Assembly (NCBI GenBank): GCA_021810145.1
Contig: JAJZJL010000005.1
Location: forward strand, 4,667 to 68,666
Reading direction: 5' to 3'
From: Planctomycetota bacterium
GTDB taxonomy: Bacteria > Planctomycetota > Phycisphaerae > WQYP01
DNA length: 64,000 bases
The first letter of the stretch is position 1; each line of letters begins with the position of its first letter. Positions 29,063 to 39,277 of this stretch are shown here, piece by piece. The notes beneath the pieces were generated by a model that was not told the DNA's origin, did no database searches, and was given only the letters and a program-made list of their open reading frames with translations. The position numbers and the translations under genes are program-made.

Positions 29063-30369
29063 GAAGTTTTCGTGGCAAGCAGATAAACTCCGGCAGGCTC
29101 CGCCATGGCAGGTATGGCGTTGCCGTAATGGCCCCGATGCCAGCCGGCGCATTCATGTGCCGGTCCGGTCGCCGCCATGAACATCGTTGTGCTTCCCTGT
29201 TTGGCGTGCTCGGCCAGGGCTGTAGCCGTATCAGCGGCGAAGTATGTGCGGGTTGGCTGTCCCGGTTCGCCGGGGCGCCGGACGCATGTGGTATGTGCGT
29301 GGCCCTGGTATTGTTTGTTATGGGTGGCATTGCTGCGGCACCGGTGGGTGCGGCAACGGAAGCGTCTATTGTGACGTTGCCCTGTCCGTACGCCATTGCC
29401 GATATGCAATTGCATACGCTGGGCAATAAATTGCTGAATCAGCAGAATAAAATCGTGGTGCTCCATGGGGTGGACTTGCCGAGTCTGGAATGGATGAATC
29501 GAGGCGATCATATTCGACGATCGATGCGGGTGGCCATCATGCAATGGCACTGTCAGATCATCCGCATTCCCACATCGGTCAATCGTTGGTTCGGTCAGGC
29601 CCCGGGACAGAGTCATGGCGGGCGGATATATCGGCATATTGTGGATCAACTGGTCCGGATCGCGGCGCGGCATCATGTGTATGTGGTGCTGGATTTGCAT
29701 TGGAATGATATGAACCGCACCGTGGCGGATATCGGGCAGCATCGTATGCCGGATCATACCTGTGCGCGCTATTGGCGGTCCGCAGCGCGACGATATATGG
29801 ATTATCCAAATGTGTTTTATGACCTGTACAACGAGCCGCACGGAATAAGCTGGATCACCTGGCGCGACGGAGGCATTTGTACAGGTGAAACCAAAGCCAC
29901 GGTGGTGACGTATCGGGCCGTTGGCATGCAGCGACTCTATGATGTCGTCCGACACACCGGTGCCGACAATATTGTCATCATCGGCGGAATCAGTTGGGCC
30001 TATGACGAATTCGGCGTAACGCATGGTTATGCTATCGCCGGGAAAAATATTGTGTATGATTGTCATGTATATCCATGGAAGTCGCACTGGAAGCATAACT
30101 TTGAAAGTGCGGCAAAACGCGTTCCGCTGATTTTTGACGAATTCGGCGGTACCGGGAAACAATTGACGTTTGGTAGAAAGGTTATCGCGTTTGCGGCGGC
30201 ACATCATATCAGTTGGTGCAGTTGGTCGTTTCATACGCAGGCCGGGCCGGTACTTATAAAGAATTGGCACTATCAGCCGTCAAAATTTGGTGCGCTTATA
30301 AAGTCCGCGTTGCAATCAAGTGATGCGACGGGTCATAAGGCTGCGACCGCGGATGGCACCGGAAAGTAG
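29059..30369 (+). CDS. Glycoside hydrolase family 5 (cellulase/mannanase-like)
   Basis: LHGVD, IIRIP, VVLDLHW, YDLYNEPH (acid/base), HVYP, IFDEFGG (nucleophile), SWCSW; ATGA overlap with the upstream gene. Start uncertain. Confidence 0.88.
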   Translation: MRSFRGKQINSGRLRHGRYGVAVMAPMPAGAFMCRSGRRHEHRCASLFGVLGQGCSRISGEVCAGWLSRFAGAPDACGMCVALVLFVMGGIAAAPVGAATEASIVTLPCPYAIADMQLHTLGNKLLNQQNKIVVLHGVDLPSLEWMNRGDHIRRSMRVAIMQWHCQIIRIPTSVNRWFGQAPGQSHGGRIYRHIVDQLVRIAARHHVYVVLDLHWNDMNRTVADIGQHRMPDHTCARYWRSAARRYMDYPNVFYDLYNEPHGISWITWRDGGICTGETKATVVTYRAVGMQRLYDVVRHTGADNIVIIGGISWAYDEFGVTHGYAIAGKNIVYDCHVYPWKSHWKHNFESAAKRVPLIFDEFGGTGKQLTFGRKVIAFAAAHHISWCSWSFHTQAGPVLIKNWHYQPSKFGALIKSALQSSDATGHKAATADGTGK

Positions 30370-30461
30370 TCGGACGGGTGATTTGGTTGATTCAAATGTC
30401 CGCAGCAACTTTGCTTATTGATCGTAGATCATTGTAAATCGTGAATGTACGGAGTCTCAAA

Positions 30462-33062
30462 ATGGGAAATAGCACCACGGATTCACAACCAGTAACCCGA
30501 CGTCAGGTGTTGCAGGCGGCGGCGGGGGCCTCAGTGGCATTGGCTTTGACCGGGTGCAGCACGCCGGAGGGGCGGCCGGCCGCCACCGCGCCGGCTGAAG
30601 TTCCCGCGCCAGCCATGGCGGTGGATTTAACCGGCGATACGTGGACCATGCACGAAGATGGACAGGCCGACAAAATTGCCGCAATCGTTCCCGGTGCCAC
30701 CTACACGGATCTGATGCGGGCCGGGAAAATTCCCAACCCCTATTATCGCGATGACAATGGCAAGGTGCAGTGGGTGGCGGAAAAAAACTGGATATATGAG
30801 CGCACTTTTGACGTTCCCGCGGAGATGCTCTCCAAACCCCACGTGGAACTCAAATGCCACGGGCTTGATACACTGGCTGCCATCTGGATCAATGACCGGG
30901 AAGTCGGCCGGACGGACAACATGTTCCGCGACTGGAGCTTTGATGTCCGCTCATATCTCAAGCCAGGCGGCAATACCATACGCATTAAATTTGATACGCT
31001 GACTCCCTATGTGGAAAGCAACCGGCAGGCATACAAAGAAGCATACGGCATTGATCTAAGCGACGCCCGCAGTTGGGTGCGCAAGGCTCCGTATATGTGG
31101 GGATGGGATTGGTGCCGGGCGGTGCTCACACAGGGCATCTGGAAGCCCATTGAGATTCTTGCTTATGACGCGCGGATTACCGACCTGGGTATTCTGCAGC
31201 ATCATGATGCGTCCGGTTCGGTGCATTTGAATATCCAGACCACCGTTGCCGGGGCCAATTCCGGCGCGCAGGTGACCACGCGTGTGCTTTTCGGAGATCA
31301 GCTCATAGCCACCGCATCAGCGCCGGTGAAAAATGGATTGGCGACATGTCACGTTGACGTTGCCAACCCAAAGCTGTGGTGGCCCAATGGAATGGGCGAT
31401 CATCCGCTTTATGTGGTGGAATCGCGGTTGTATGAATCCGCCGGCAGCGTCGTGGAAGTGCTCGCGGCCGGGACACCCTCAACCGCCAAAGTCATTGACA
31501 CCGTCCGGCGCCGCATCGGCCTGCGAAAAATTGAGGTTGTATCTCCCACCGGTGCGGTTGCCATGCATGTAAAAGTCAATGGCGTGCCGGTGTTTGTCAA
31601 AGGTGCGGACTGGATCCCCGCGGACAATATTCCCACGCGCGTGACGCCGGAAACCCTTCGCTGGTATATGAAAAAGGCCATTGAATGTCATTTTAATTTT
31701 ATCCGTCTGTGGGGTGGCGGCTATTACGAACAGGATGAACTGTTTGATCTTTGCGACGAACTGGGCATCATGCTGCAGTTCGAGTTCAAATTCGCCAACG
31801 ACACCTATCCGGTCAACGATCGCAAATGGATGGCCAACCTGCAGGCCGAATTGGATCAGCAGGTGCTGCGGTGCCGCAATCATCCATCGATTGTAATCTG
31901 GAGCGGCAACAATGAAATTCAGGATTTCAAGGGATATTACCATCTGTTCCGCGATGTCATCGGCGGCACCGTGCACCGGTTGCTGCCGGGGGCCTTTTAT
32001 GAAGTCGGCAGCGGTGCCGCCGGCAGCGGTGATATTCACACCTGGGAGGTCTGGCATGCCATGGCACCATTTGAACAATTCCGAACGGTGGAAGGTTTTG
32101 TGACCGAATTTGGCATGCAGAGCTTTCCAGTACCCATGACGGTTGATGCCTATACCGATGCCGCCGATCGCCAGAGTGTCCATTCCCCGGTGATGCGCTA
32201 TCATGAGCTTGACGGCAGCGGCCATGGCGTCGGCATAATCATGCACTACACCAATATGTATTTTGGCAGATCACCGGAGAATTTCGACGATACGCTCTGG
32301 CTGACGCAAATTAATCAAGCGTATGGAATTCGTTATGGTGTGGAGCACTGGCGACGCGATATGCCCCGCTCCATGGCGGCAACGATCTGGCAATACAACG
32401 ACTGCTGGCCCGGTCCAACCTGGTCTATGACCGATTACTATCGGCGGTTCAAAGCCATTCAATATCAAAGCAAACACTTCTTTGCGCCGATTCTCGTCAG
32501 CGGTATTCCTGATCCGACAACCGGTAAAGCGGAGTTGTATATCACCAGTGATCGGCAGAAAGATGTTTCAGGTGAATTGCGGTGGGTGGTAACCGATATG
32601 GCCGGTGCGGTGTTAAAGCAGGGTGAAATGCCGGTTCATATTCCCGCCCGTACCAGCCGCCTGGCCCACACGCTGAATCTGGCGGATCTTATCAGCAGCC
32701 ACGGTGCGGGAAATCTGCTGATCTGGCCGGAAGTGCGCGTGGGCAGCCGGACGGTGGCGGAGAATGCTCTGTTTTTCGGGCGACCGGTGGAGCTTAAATT
32801 CCACAAGCCGCAGTTGGCGCTGCACGTCAGCGGCAGCGGACAACATTATGATCTGCGTATTGACGCCAATGCCCCGGCGTTGTGGGCGTTCGCCGATGTG
32901 AAAGATACCCCGGCGACTTATTCAGATAACTTTGTTGCCATCCGGCCCGGTCGCACCGCGGTTATTCATATTACGCTTGATGAGCCAATGTCGCCGGCAG
33001 ATTTCCATCGCAAGCTGACGGTGCGCAGTATTTATGATCTGGCACCGGATATGCGGGCCTGA
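30462..33062 (+). CDS. GH2 beta-mannosidase, Tat-exported lipoprotein
   Basis: TRRQVL Tat signal and LTGC lipobox; GLDTLA, DNMFR, RKAPYMWGWDW, KGADWIPAD, RLWGGGYYE, WSGNNE, FVTEFGMQS, WQYNDCWP. Confidence 0.92.
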   Translation: MGNSTTDSQPVTRRQVLQAAAGASVALALTGCSTPEGRPAATAPAEVPAPAMAVDLTGDTWTMHEDGQADKIAAIVPGATYTDLMRAGKIPNPYYRDDNGKVQWVAEKNWIYERTFDVPAEMLSKPHVELKCHGLDTLAAIWINDREVGRTDNMFRDWSFDVRSYLKPGGNTIRIKFDTLTPYVESNRQAYKEAYGIDLSDARSWVRKAPYMWGWDWCRAVLTQGIWKPIEILAYDARITDLGILQHHDASGSVHLNIQTTVAGANSGAQVTTRVLFGDQLIATASAPVKNGLATCHVDVANPKLWWPNGMGDHPLYVVESRLYESAGSVVEVLAAGTPSTAKVIDTVRRRIGLRKIEVVSPTGAVAMHVKVNGVPVFVKGADWIPADNIPTRVTPETLRWYMKKAIECHFNFIRLWGGGYYEQDELFDLCDELGIMLQFEFKFANDTYPVNDRKWMANLQAELDQQVLRCRNHPSIVIWSGNNEIQDFKGYYHLFRDVIGGTVHRLLPGAFYEVGSGAAGSGDIHTWEVWHAMAPFEQFRTVEGFVTEFGMQSFPVPMTVDAYTDAADRQSVHSPVMRYHELDGSGHGVGIIMHYTNMYFGRSPENFDDTLWLTQINQAYGIRYGVEHWRRDMPRSMAATIWQYNDCWPGPTWSMTDYYRRFKAIQYQSKHFFAPILVSGIPDPTTGKAELYITSDRQKDVSGELRWVVTDMAGAVLKQGEMPVHIPARTSRLAHTLNLADLISSHGAGNLLIWPEVRVGSRTVAENALFFGRPVELKFHKPQLALHVSGSGQHYDLRIDANAPALWAFADVKDTPATYSDNFVAIRPGRTAVIHITLDEPMSPADFHRKLTVRSIYDLAPDMRA

Positions 33063-33257
33063 TCGCGATATTGCCCTCAACGCAGTGATCTGCGGTTCAG
33101 CCTTTGGCGCTGCGAATGACCATAAGCAGTCTGCCATAGGCCGATCTTGGCCCGTTGCGCTGGGTTGCATTGCATGTGGTGAAATCGTGCGATTTATCGC
33201 AACGATGTGAAAGAGAAAATCACCCGGTGTGACAATTGATGTAAGCAAAAAAATAAT

Positions 33258-35750
33258 TCAGGCATCGCTGCTCAACGCATATTTCCGGGCCAGCAGCATG
33301 GCAGTCAGTGCGGTCAGAACTGCCAGGAGCCAGGATGTCTCGGCCAGGGGAAGCACTGTGCGGCGGCCGGGATGCCAACGCAGTGCGGACGGGGCATTAC
33401 CGGCAATAGCCGTTACACCGGGCCATGGGCATTGCTGAACGTGTCCGGTGGCCGGGAAATAGCAATTGGGCAGCCGCGGCGGACTGATGCGCCCGACGAC
33501 GGCCGGTTGTCTTTGCTTTCCTCGACCAGGACGTTGCCATACTGTTGCGGCAAAAGTGTCAACACGGTCAGGCAAGATGGTGCGATATTCGCCCGGTGCT
33601 ATTTGTGGCAGAGGAAATGTCAGGATTTTCCCATGCTGTGTTACCACCGTAAGGCCTAATTGACGCTGATTCAGAAATTGCCCATTACGAGTCGCCTGCA
33701 CGTCAAGCTGCCATCGACTGTTTCGACGAATGGCGGAAATATAAAAATGGTCTTCGCCCGCCGGGGCTTTGACCCTGTTGAGAAGCGTGCCGCGAAGGAC
33801 CGCGGCAGCGGCAGAGTTGTCCGAAAAGGAGATTGCCGCAACCCTGCCCAGACCGCGCCGCCAAATGGCCGCCAGACTGTGTTGACCACTGCGCGCCAGG
33901 AGCGTGATTCCGGCTTTGGGATATACGCGATCCCACCGCTTGGTCTGCCCCTGAAAATTCAGCGAACGGGCAGTCCAATGCATATTCCCCTCTTGCGTCT
34001 TTCCCTGAATGTCTCGTGCGACTGCGAATCGCAAAAAATGGCCCCATTGGCTGAAATGCTGCATCGGCAATTCGATGGAGCCGGTCTGCGCAAGCAGTTG
34101 TCTGGTTGCACGACTCAAGTGACCCGGTGCAATAACCGCCAGATGCACAGCTTGACGCAGCAGGATTTTTTTCCAGGCTGGTACGTTCAGGTGCGGAATT
34201 CGACCGTCCGTGACCAGAATAAGCGATGACCTTTTTGTCAGCAGGCGTTGCAGAGCAGGTAATGCCGAATCCGGACGCGTGGGGCCATTGGGAACAATTT
34301 TCGCCAGTAATTGCGGCAGCAGGGGACGTACGGTTTGTGCCTTACCGTCCACTAATTTCCGGGTGCTGCCGGAGAATAATAAAATGGTGATTTGATCATT
34401 GGGTTGAAGCAGTTGTGTCGCAGCGCAAAGAGCATGAGCGGCCAGTGCGAATCGCGTAACGCCCGAAGTTGTCGAATTGCCAAGTGATCCGCTGACATCC
34501 AACAGAAATATGAAGTGCCGCGGCTTGGGGTGTGGAGGCAGACTGGATAATGGCGAAAGTTGTTCCAGTAAGGATGCGGCACCGTGGGCTCCCCGGGGCA
34601 AGCCGTATCCGCCGGGGCCAAATGCGTTTTGTGTTCCGGTAATCAGCAGGCCGCCGCCCAGGTGTCGTACATAGTCGGATATTTTTTTCTCAGCGCCGAT
34701 CGGTAGATCACGAACCGCAATATCGTCCAGAACCAAAGCTTGAAAACGCCCAAGGGTACGCAGTGAACCGGGGAATTCCGCCGGTGATCTGTATTGCGCA
34801 ATCCAGTCTGGTATCTTGTGATCAGGCGTAGAGTGATGGTTTGTGATAATCAGTACGCGGGGCAAGCCCCACGCGGGAATTACGACACTGGCGTTGTTAT
34901 CGCCGGGCCAGAGATCATGGCTGCCAAGCGTAACGGTAATGGTGGAATTCCTGGAGATCATGCGGCGGGGCAGCGGCGGCAGCAGTACCATTTTTGTTCC
35001 GGAATGAACGAAACGCAGCGGCGTTTGGAACAGATTCTGCGCACCGGCATGTTCCACGAGCATGGTTGCGGCGGGACCCGTGGAACGCACGGTAAGCCGC
35101 AGTTGTGGCAGAGGGGGCGGCACCGTTCCAGACAACTGCTTCGGTGCCGCGACCGGGGCATACCCCAAGTGTAAATGCGTAATGCCGATATCGGTTTTGT
35201 CAGGCGGAATAACCGTTACGGCAATCGGCGCAGCGGGTGAATCGGTATGATCGGGTAACTTCCAGTTCAAAAGACCGGCAGTGAATATCCAGCAGGGGGT
35301 TGATCCGGTAAACGCCAGAAGATGTTTTATGTCAGCCGGTGCATGCGCTGCGGCGGCCAATGGGACATTCTGCGCGGTTAATTGCTCCAGGCTGGCGTTT
35401 GATGCAATAATATGCGGATGTGACGCGAAAGATACCAGTGTAATGGGAATATCACGCCCCAGATGCTTTTTCAGAAATCTCTGCAGCCAAAGCGGCTCAT
35501 GCCACGGCGCGGTAACAGTTGCGGGAGAATTATCCAATGCCACGATGATTCGTCTGGCTGATGTGGAGTAATGCATGACCGGTTCGCTGGCGGCCAAAAG
35601 AGCCAGCACCGCGGCAAGCGAGGGCAGAGCGATGGAATACATTTTCCAGGCAGCCGTGCGCGAGCCGGCGAGAAAAAGCGAAGCCGCCGCTACCGGTAGA
35701 ACAATAAGCAGTAACACAAGCAAGTCAGGATTGTGGAATTCCAGCATCAA
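33258..35750 (-). CDS. Membrane-anchored VWA-domain protein with glutamine-amidotransferase-like domain
   Basis: N- and C-terminal TMs; ALDNS and FLLDVSGS (MIDAS); YV...GGGLLITG..AFGPGGY; LVTDG; W..GLGRVAA. Confidence 0.82.
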   Translation of the reverse strand: MMLEFHNPDLLVLLLIVLPVAAASLFLAGSRTAAWKMYSIALPSLAAVLALLAASEPVMHYSTSARRIIVALDNSPATVTAPWHEPLWLQRFLKKHLGRDIPITLVSFASHPHIIASNASLEQLTAQNVPLAAAAHAPADIKHLLAFTGSTPCWIFTAGLLNWKLPDHTDSPAAPIAVTVIPPDKTDIGITHLHLGYAPVAAPKQLSGTVPPPLPQLRLTVRSTGPAATMLVEHAGAQNLFQTPLRFVHSGTKMVLLPPLPRRMISRNSTITVTLGSHDLWPGDNNASVVIPAWGLPRVLIITNHHSTPDHKIPDWIAQYRSPAEFPGSLRTLGRFQALVLDDIAVRDLPIGAEKKISDYVRHLGGGLLITGTQNAFGPGGYGLPRGAHGAASLLEQLSPLSSLPPHPKPRHFIFLLDVSGSLGNSTTSGVTRFALAAHALCAATQLLQPNDQITILLFSGSTRKLVDGKAQTVRPLLPQLLAKIVPNGPTRPDSALPALQRLLTKRSSLILVTDGRIPHLNVPAWKKILLRQAVHLAVIAPGHLSRATRQLLAQTGSIELPMQHFSQWGHFLRFAVARDIQGKTQEGNMHWTARSLNFQGQTKRWDRVYPKAGITLLARSGQHSLAAIWRRGLGRVAAISFSDNSAAAAVLRGTLLNRVKAPAGEDHFYISAIRRNSRWQLDVQATRNGQFLNQRQLGLTVVTQHGKILTFPLPQIAPGEYRTILPDRVDTFAATVWQRPGRGKQRQPAVVGRISPPRLPNCYFPATGHVQQCPWPGVTAIAGNAPSALRWHPGRRTVLPLAETSWLLAVLTALTAMLLARKYALSSDA

Positions 35751-35832
35751 TACATATTACCACCAATAGCCCCGCCGGGCAGGCGGAGGATCGGAACACC
35801 TGAGACAGTTGCAACCAACTGACGTGTCCTGG

Positions 35833-36363
35833 TTATAGCACTTTCCATGGCACACCGGCGGCAGGCGTGTTAGTGATGTTCAAAACCAGCGGGGCGCGAT
35901 CTGTTGCACTAACGAGCTGCTTGAGCTTTTGGTGCACGTTGGTGGAAAAATTATAGGGGAATAATTTGGTATGTTGGCCAGTGTGGGGCTCAAGATGCAA
36001 GACGATGCGTTTGGTTGATGCTGTCATCGCCGCGAAAGCATGTTGTTTCTCAAGCGGAGCGGTGGCATTTGTGCTTGCATGGCGTAGTCCAGTAAGTGTA
36101 TCGGCCACCTTGTCGGCGATGGTTTGCGCCAAGCCGCCGAGATTGCAGGGTTTCGGCGGGCGGGTGATCACGCGAAAGTCCTTTGCCTCGATCAGCCACG
36201 TTGTACGGGTAGCCGTAAGATGGTCCACTGCAACCACGTCCATGGCTTTTTTAGTCCCGCGTGCGTTGTAGATAAGACGGTAGTGATTCCATTGGTCATA
36301 TCGCTGCGCTTTGACATTTGGCGCGAATATGAACGTTAACGAATCTACCTGAAGCTGTGACAT
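35833..36363 (-). CDS. Hypothetical protein with PD-(D/E)xK-like motif
   Basis: KAMDVVAV...WLIEAKDFR; GAGGA SD; starts 9 bp after the ATPase stop. Confidence 0.7.
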   Translation of the reverse strand: MSQLQVDSLTFIFAPNVKAQRYDQWNHYRLIYNARGTKKAMDVVAVDHLTATRTTWLIEAKDFRVITRPPKPCNLGGLAQTIADKVADTLTGLRHASTNATAPLEKQHAFAAMTASTKRIVLHLEPHTGQHTKLFPYNFSTNVHQKLKQLVSATDRAPLVLNITNTPAAGVPWKVL

Positions 36364-36372
36364 CGTTCCTCA

Positions 36373-37446
36373 TTACCCATGGGTTTCGGGTGCTACGCCC
36401 ATTTCAGTATCAATGTATCGCTCCGACTGTTGCAAGTCTTCGTCAAGGGCGGTGATATCACCAATTTCATCCATGGTTGAGCCTTGGCGAACTTCCACCG
36501 CACCACCCTGACCGACATGCAATCCGAAGCAGCGGGAATTAAGGGACTTAAATTCCCGCTGCTGGAGAATATGTAACTCCCGCATAAGGAACAGGCTATG
36601 AGTGGCAATAAATGCCTGGATGCCCCTTTCCACGAGTCGCAGAATGGTACGGGCGACAGTCCGGATTATTTTCGGATTGAGATTGGATTCGGGTTCGTCC
36701 CAAAATAGATAGCCTTTGTCAAGCAAGGAGCCGGTCGCTATGAGCCTCGCGATTGTCGCCAACTTGCGCAGGCCCTCCGCCACAAGGTGCATTTCCATCC
36801 GGCCGGAGGCTTGTTTGAGATAAAACCTTCCGGCGTCGTCTAGTTCAACAGTTCCCCGCATCGCATCTTCCAGTGGAGCGAGTAGCTCCTTAATTGCACC
36901 GGTGCGGGGGCCTTTTGCCAGCGGCGCTCCGAGAAGTATACATGTGTCGCGCCAGGTTTCCTCGAACGAAAGGTGCGTGGTTTCATAAAGCGACACAAAG
37001 CCCGGCGATATTGTTAATAGTTCCCGCGTGGGAATAAATACCGGCATTTTCTCATCCGGTCCGGCAGGGAAGCGTTCTAGCGTCACCTGGGTTTTTGCCG
37101 CGGTTGAGAACTTAAATCTTAGCAGTTGCGCCGGAGTACCAAGCCTGCACTCAACTGAGCACTTATTGCGCCCACGTTGCCTGCGGACCAGTCTGCCCAG
37201 GCCGTCCGGGCGCAAGACGCCTTGCAATTTATTGGCAATCTCACGTTCAATCTGTGGCTCTCCCGCGGGGGGGCCACCATTGCGTCTTGCTTGGGCTGCA
37301 ACGACTGCCAATGCGGAGTAGGCGGCTTTGAGAAGGTGTGATTTTCCCGATCCATTTTCGCCAATGATGACATTCAGATTCGTTCCGAAATTTAGCTTCG
37401 CATCGGGGAAAACCGTGAAATTCTTAAGATTTAAAGACTTTAACAT
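36373..37446 (-). CDS. ABC-type (AAA_21/AAA_15) ATPase
   Basis: LKNFTVF, GENGSGKS (Walker A), VAEGLRK (signature), LFWDEPE (Walker B), IATHS (H-loop); no TM partner. Confidence 0.9.
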   Translation of the reverse strand: MLKSLNLKNFTVFPDAKLNFGTNLNVIIGENGSGKSHLLKAAYSALAVVAAQARRNGGPPAGEPQIEREIANKLQGVLRPDGLGRLVRRQRGRNKCSVECRLGTPAQLLRFKFSTAAKTQVTLERFPAGPDEKMPVFIPTRELLTISPGFVSLYETTHLSFEETWRDTCILLGAPLAKGPRTGAIKELLAPLEDAMRGTVELDDAGRFYLKQASGRMEMHLVAEGLRKLATIARLIATGSLLDKGYLFWDEPESNLNPKIIRTVARTILRLVERGIQAFIATHSLFLMRELHILQQREFKSLNSRCFGLHVGQGGAVEVRQGSTMDEIGDITALDEDLQQSERYIDTEMGVAPETHG

Positions 37447-37656
37447 TGTTCAGGAGTCTAATCCCTGTAATGGGGAAATGTCAAACATCCGGTGATCAGC
37501 TTTGGCAGTGTAGCTCTGCGGGAATAATTGACACATCATGCTCCAAAGACCACTGTGCGGGGCATGAATCCTGTTTATGCCAGGGTTGGCCGAAAGGCGG
37601 CTCAATGTGTTGGTGCCACAACACGCCGATTGAATGACGCGAATTGCCGGGATATT

Positions 37657-39207
37657 TCAGTTGCTGGCTGTGGATGCGGGAATGGACCTCATATCCTTAT
37701 CCAGTGCGTCCGCGGCGATCCAGCCGGACATCAGGGCCATGGGCATGCCTGGGCCGGGATGAGCCGAGCCGCCGGCAAAATATAAGCCTTTGACATCGCG
37801 GCTGCGGTTGGCCGGCTTGAATGCTCCATTGAAGCGGCCATGGCTGGCCAGGCCGTAAATGGCCCCGTTCCATACATGGTAGCGATCACGAATATCTTCC
37901 GGGGTTAATGCGCGCTGTGACACAATTCGGGATTCCAAATCGGTTAATCCGGCGGTGCGGGCAAGCTTTTCAAAAATAACGCGGCGATAATCCGGAAGCA
38001 TCTTTTTCCAGTCCTGACCGGGGCGCAGATACGGCGTATGCACAAGAATATACAGCGCCTCGCCGCCAGGGGGCGCTACCGTCGGATCGCTGACGGCCGG
38101 TGCGCACAGATAACACGTCGGATCGGCGGCGGGAACGCCGCGCTGATAAATATCGTGAAATTCCTCTTCCGGATTACGGGAAAATACAAAATCATGGTGC
38201 GCCAGTTGATCGTAGCGTTTATTTAATCCCAGATATAAAACCACGCCCGAACATGCCGGCACATAATTGCGGCGTTTGTGAAATTTTCGCGAGGGTTCTT
38301 CCGGCAGCAATTCTTTGTGCGTTAAAACCACATCCGAATTGCTTATCACGGAAGATACCGGAAATTCACGGCCTTCGGCGCTTACCACGGCGGTAACCCG
38401 GCTTCCGTCGGTGGCGATTTGTTTTACGGGACAGCCGGTGTGAAATTCAACATTCAATCTCCGAGCCAGCTTTTCCAGAGCTTCAGGCACCGCCCGGGTG
38501 CCGCCGCGGGGATACCATATCCCCTCACTGATCTGCATATCCGCAATGCCCATAAGCACCGCAGGGGAAAGCGCCGGAGCCGATCCGACATACTGCGTGA
38601 AGTGATCCACCATTTGCGCAATGCGCGGCTCATGAATGATGGATCGCACGGTATCGCCCAGCATGCGGCCAAGCTTCATATTCATCAGATCACGCAATAC
38701 AGAAAGTTGCAGGCTGCCCTTGAAATCAAATGTATCACCGATCGAACCGATGGATTTCCAGAAAAAATATTTATCCGAGGCGTCGCGCATGAGTTTGGAT
38801 TGCCGCAGCATTTGCGCATATTGCATATCGGCGGATTTGCCCGGAGCGAATGTATTGATATTCTCCGCCATTTTCTGCGGATCTTCGACCAGATCCAGAA
38901 TACCGCCGCCATCAAAAAAGCATCGCCACTGCGGATCCAGTCGCACGAGATGCAATGCCTCTTCGAGCTGCACCCCGGCTTCGGAAAAAATGCGGCGCAG
39001 AACAAAGGGCATCAGAAGAATGGTTGGACCCATGTCAAAGCGGAATCCCGCATCTTTGTGTACCGCCGCCTTTCCTCCCAGATAGTCATTTTTTTCAAAT
39101 AGAGCCACGCGGTATCCGCGACCCGCCAGTGTGCATGCCGCAGCCAGTCCGCCCAGTCCGCCGCCGATAATTCCAACAGGGTGCTTATTGGTGTTTCCCA
39201 TTAACAT
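37657..39207 (-). CDS. crtP: Phytoene desaturase-family protein, probably diapolycopene oxygenase (CrtP/CrtNb-like)
   Basis: GGGLGGLAAA, FRFDMGPTIL, GAIYG, LYFAGGSAHPGPGMPM; adjacent to an aldehyde dehydrogenase. Subfamily assignment is inferred. Confidence 0.8.
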   Translation of the reverse strand: MLMGNTNKHPVGIIGGGLGGLAAACTLAGRGYRVALFEKNDYLGGKAAVHKDAGFRFDMGPTILLMPFVLRRIFSEAGVQLEEALHLVRLDPQWRCFFDGGGILDLVEDPQKMAENINTFAPGKSADMQYAQMLRQSKLMRDASDKYFFWKSIGSIGDTFDFKGSLQLSVLRDLMNMKLGRMLGDTVRSIIHEPRIAQMVDHFTQYVGSAPALSPAVLMGIADMQISEGIWYPRGGTRAVPEALEKLARRLNVEFHTGCPVKQIATDGSRVTAVVSAEGREFPVSSVISNSDVVLTHKELLPEEPSRKFHKRRNYVPACSGVVLYLGLNKRYDQLAHHDFVFSRNPEEEFHDIYQRGVPAADPTCYLCAPAVSDPTVAPPGGEALYILVHTPYLRPGQDWKKMLPDYRRVIFEKLARTAGLTDLESRIVSQRALTPEDIRDRYHVWNGAIYGLASHGRFNGAFKPANRSRDVKGLYFAGGSAHPGPGMPMALMSGWIAADALDKDMRSIPASTASN

Positions 39208-39277
39208 TGTTTGTATCTATACCTCAAGAAATGAACATATTTGTTTGAACATTCTGTCCATACATCACACGATGGCC

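Noticed and set aside
29056-30270. 404-aa minus-strand ORF
   Set aside because: Antisense shadow of the GH5 gene; no recognisable features.
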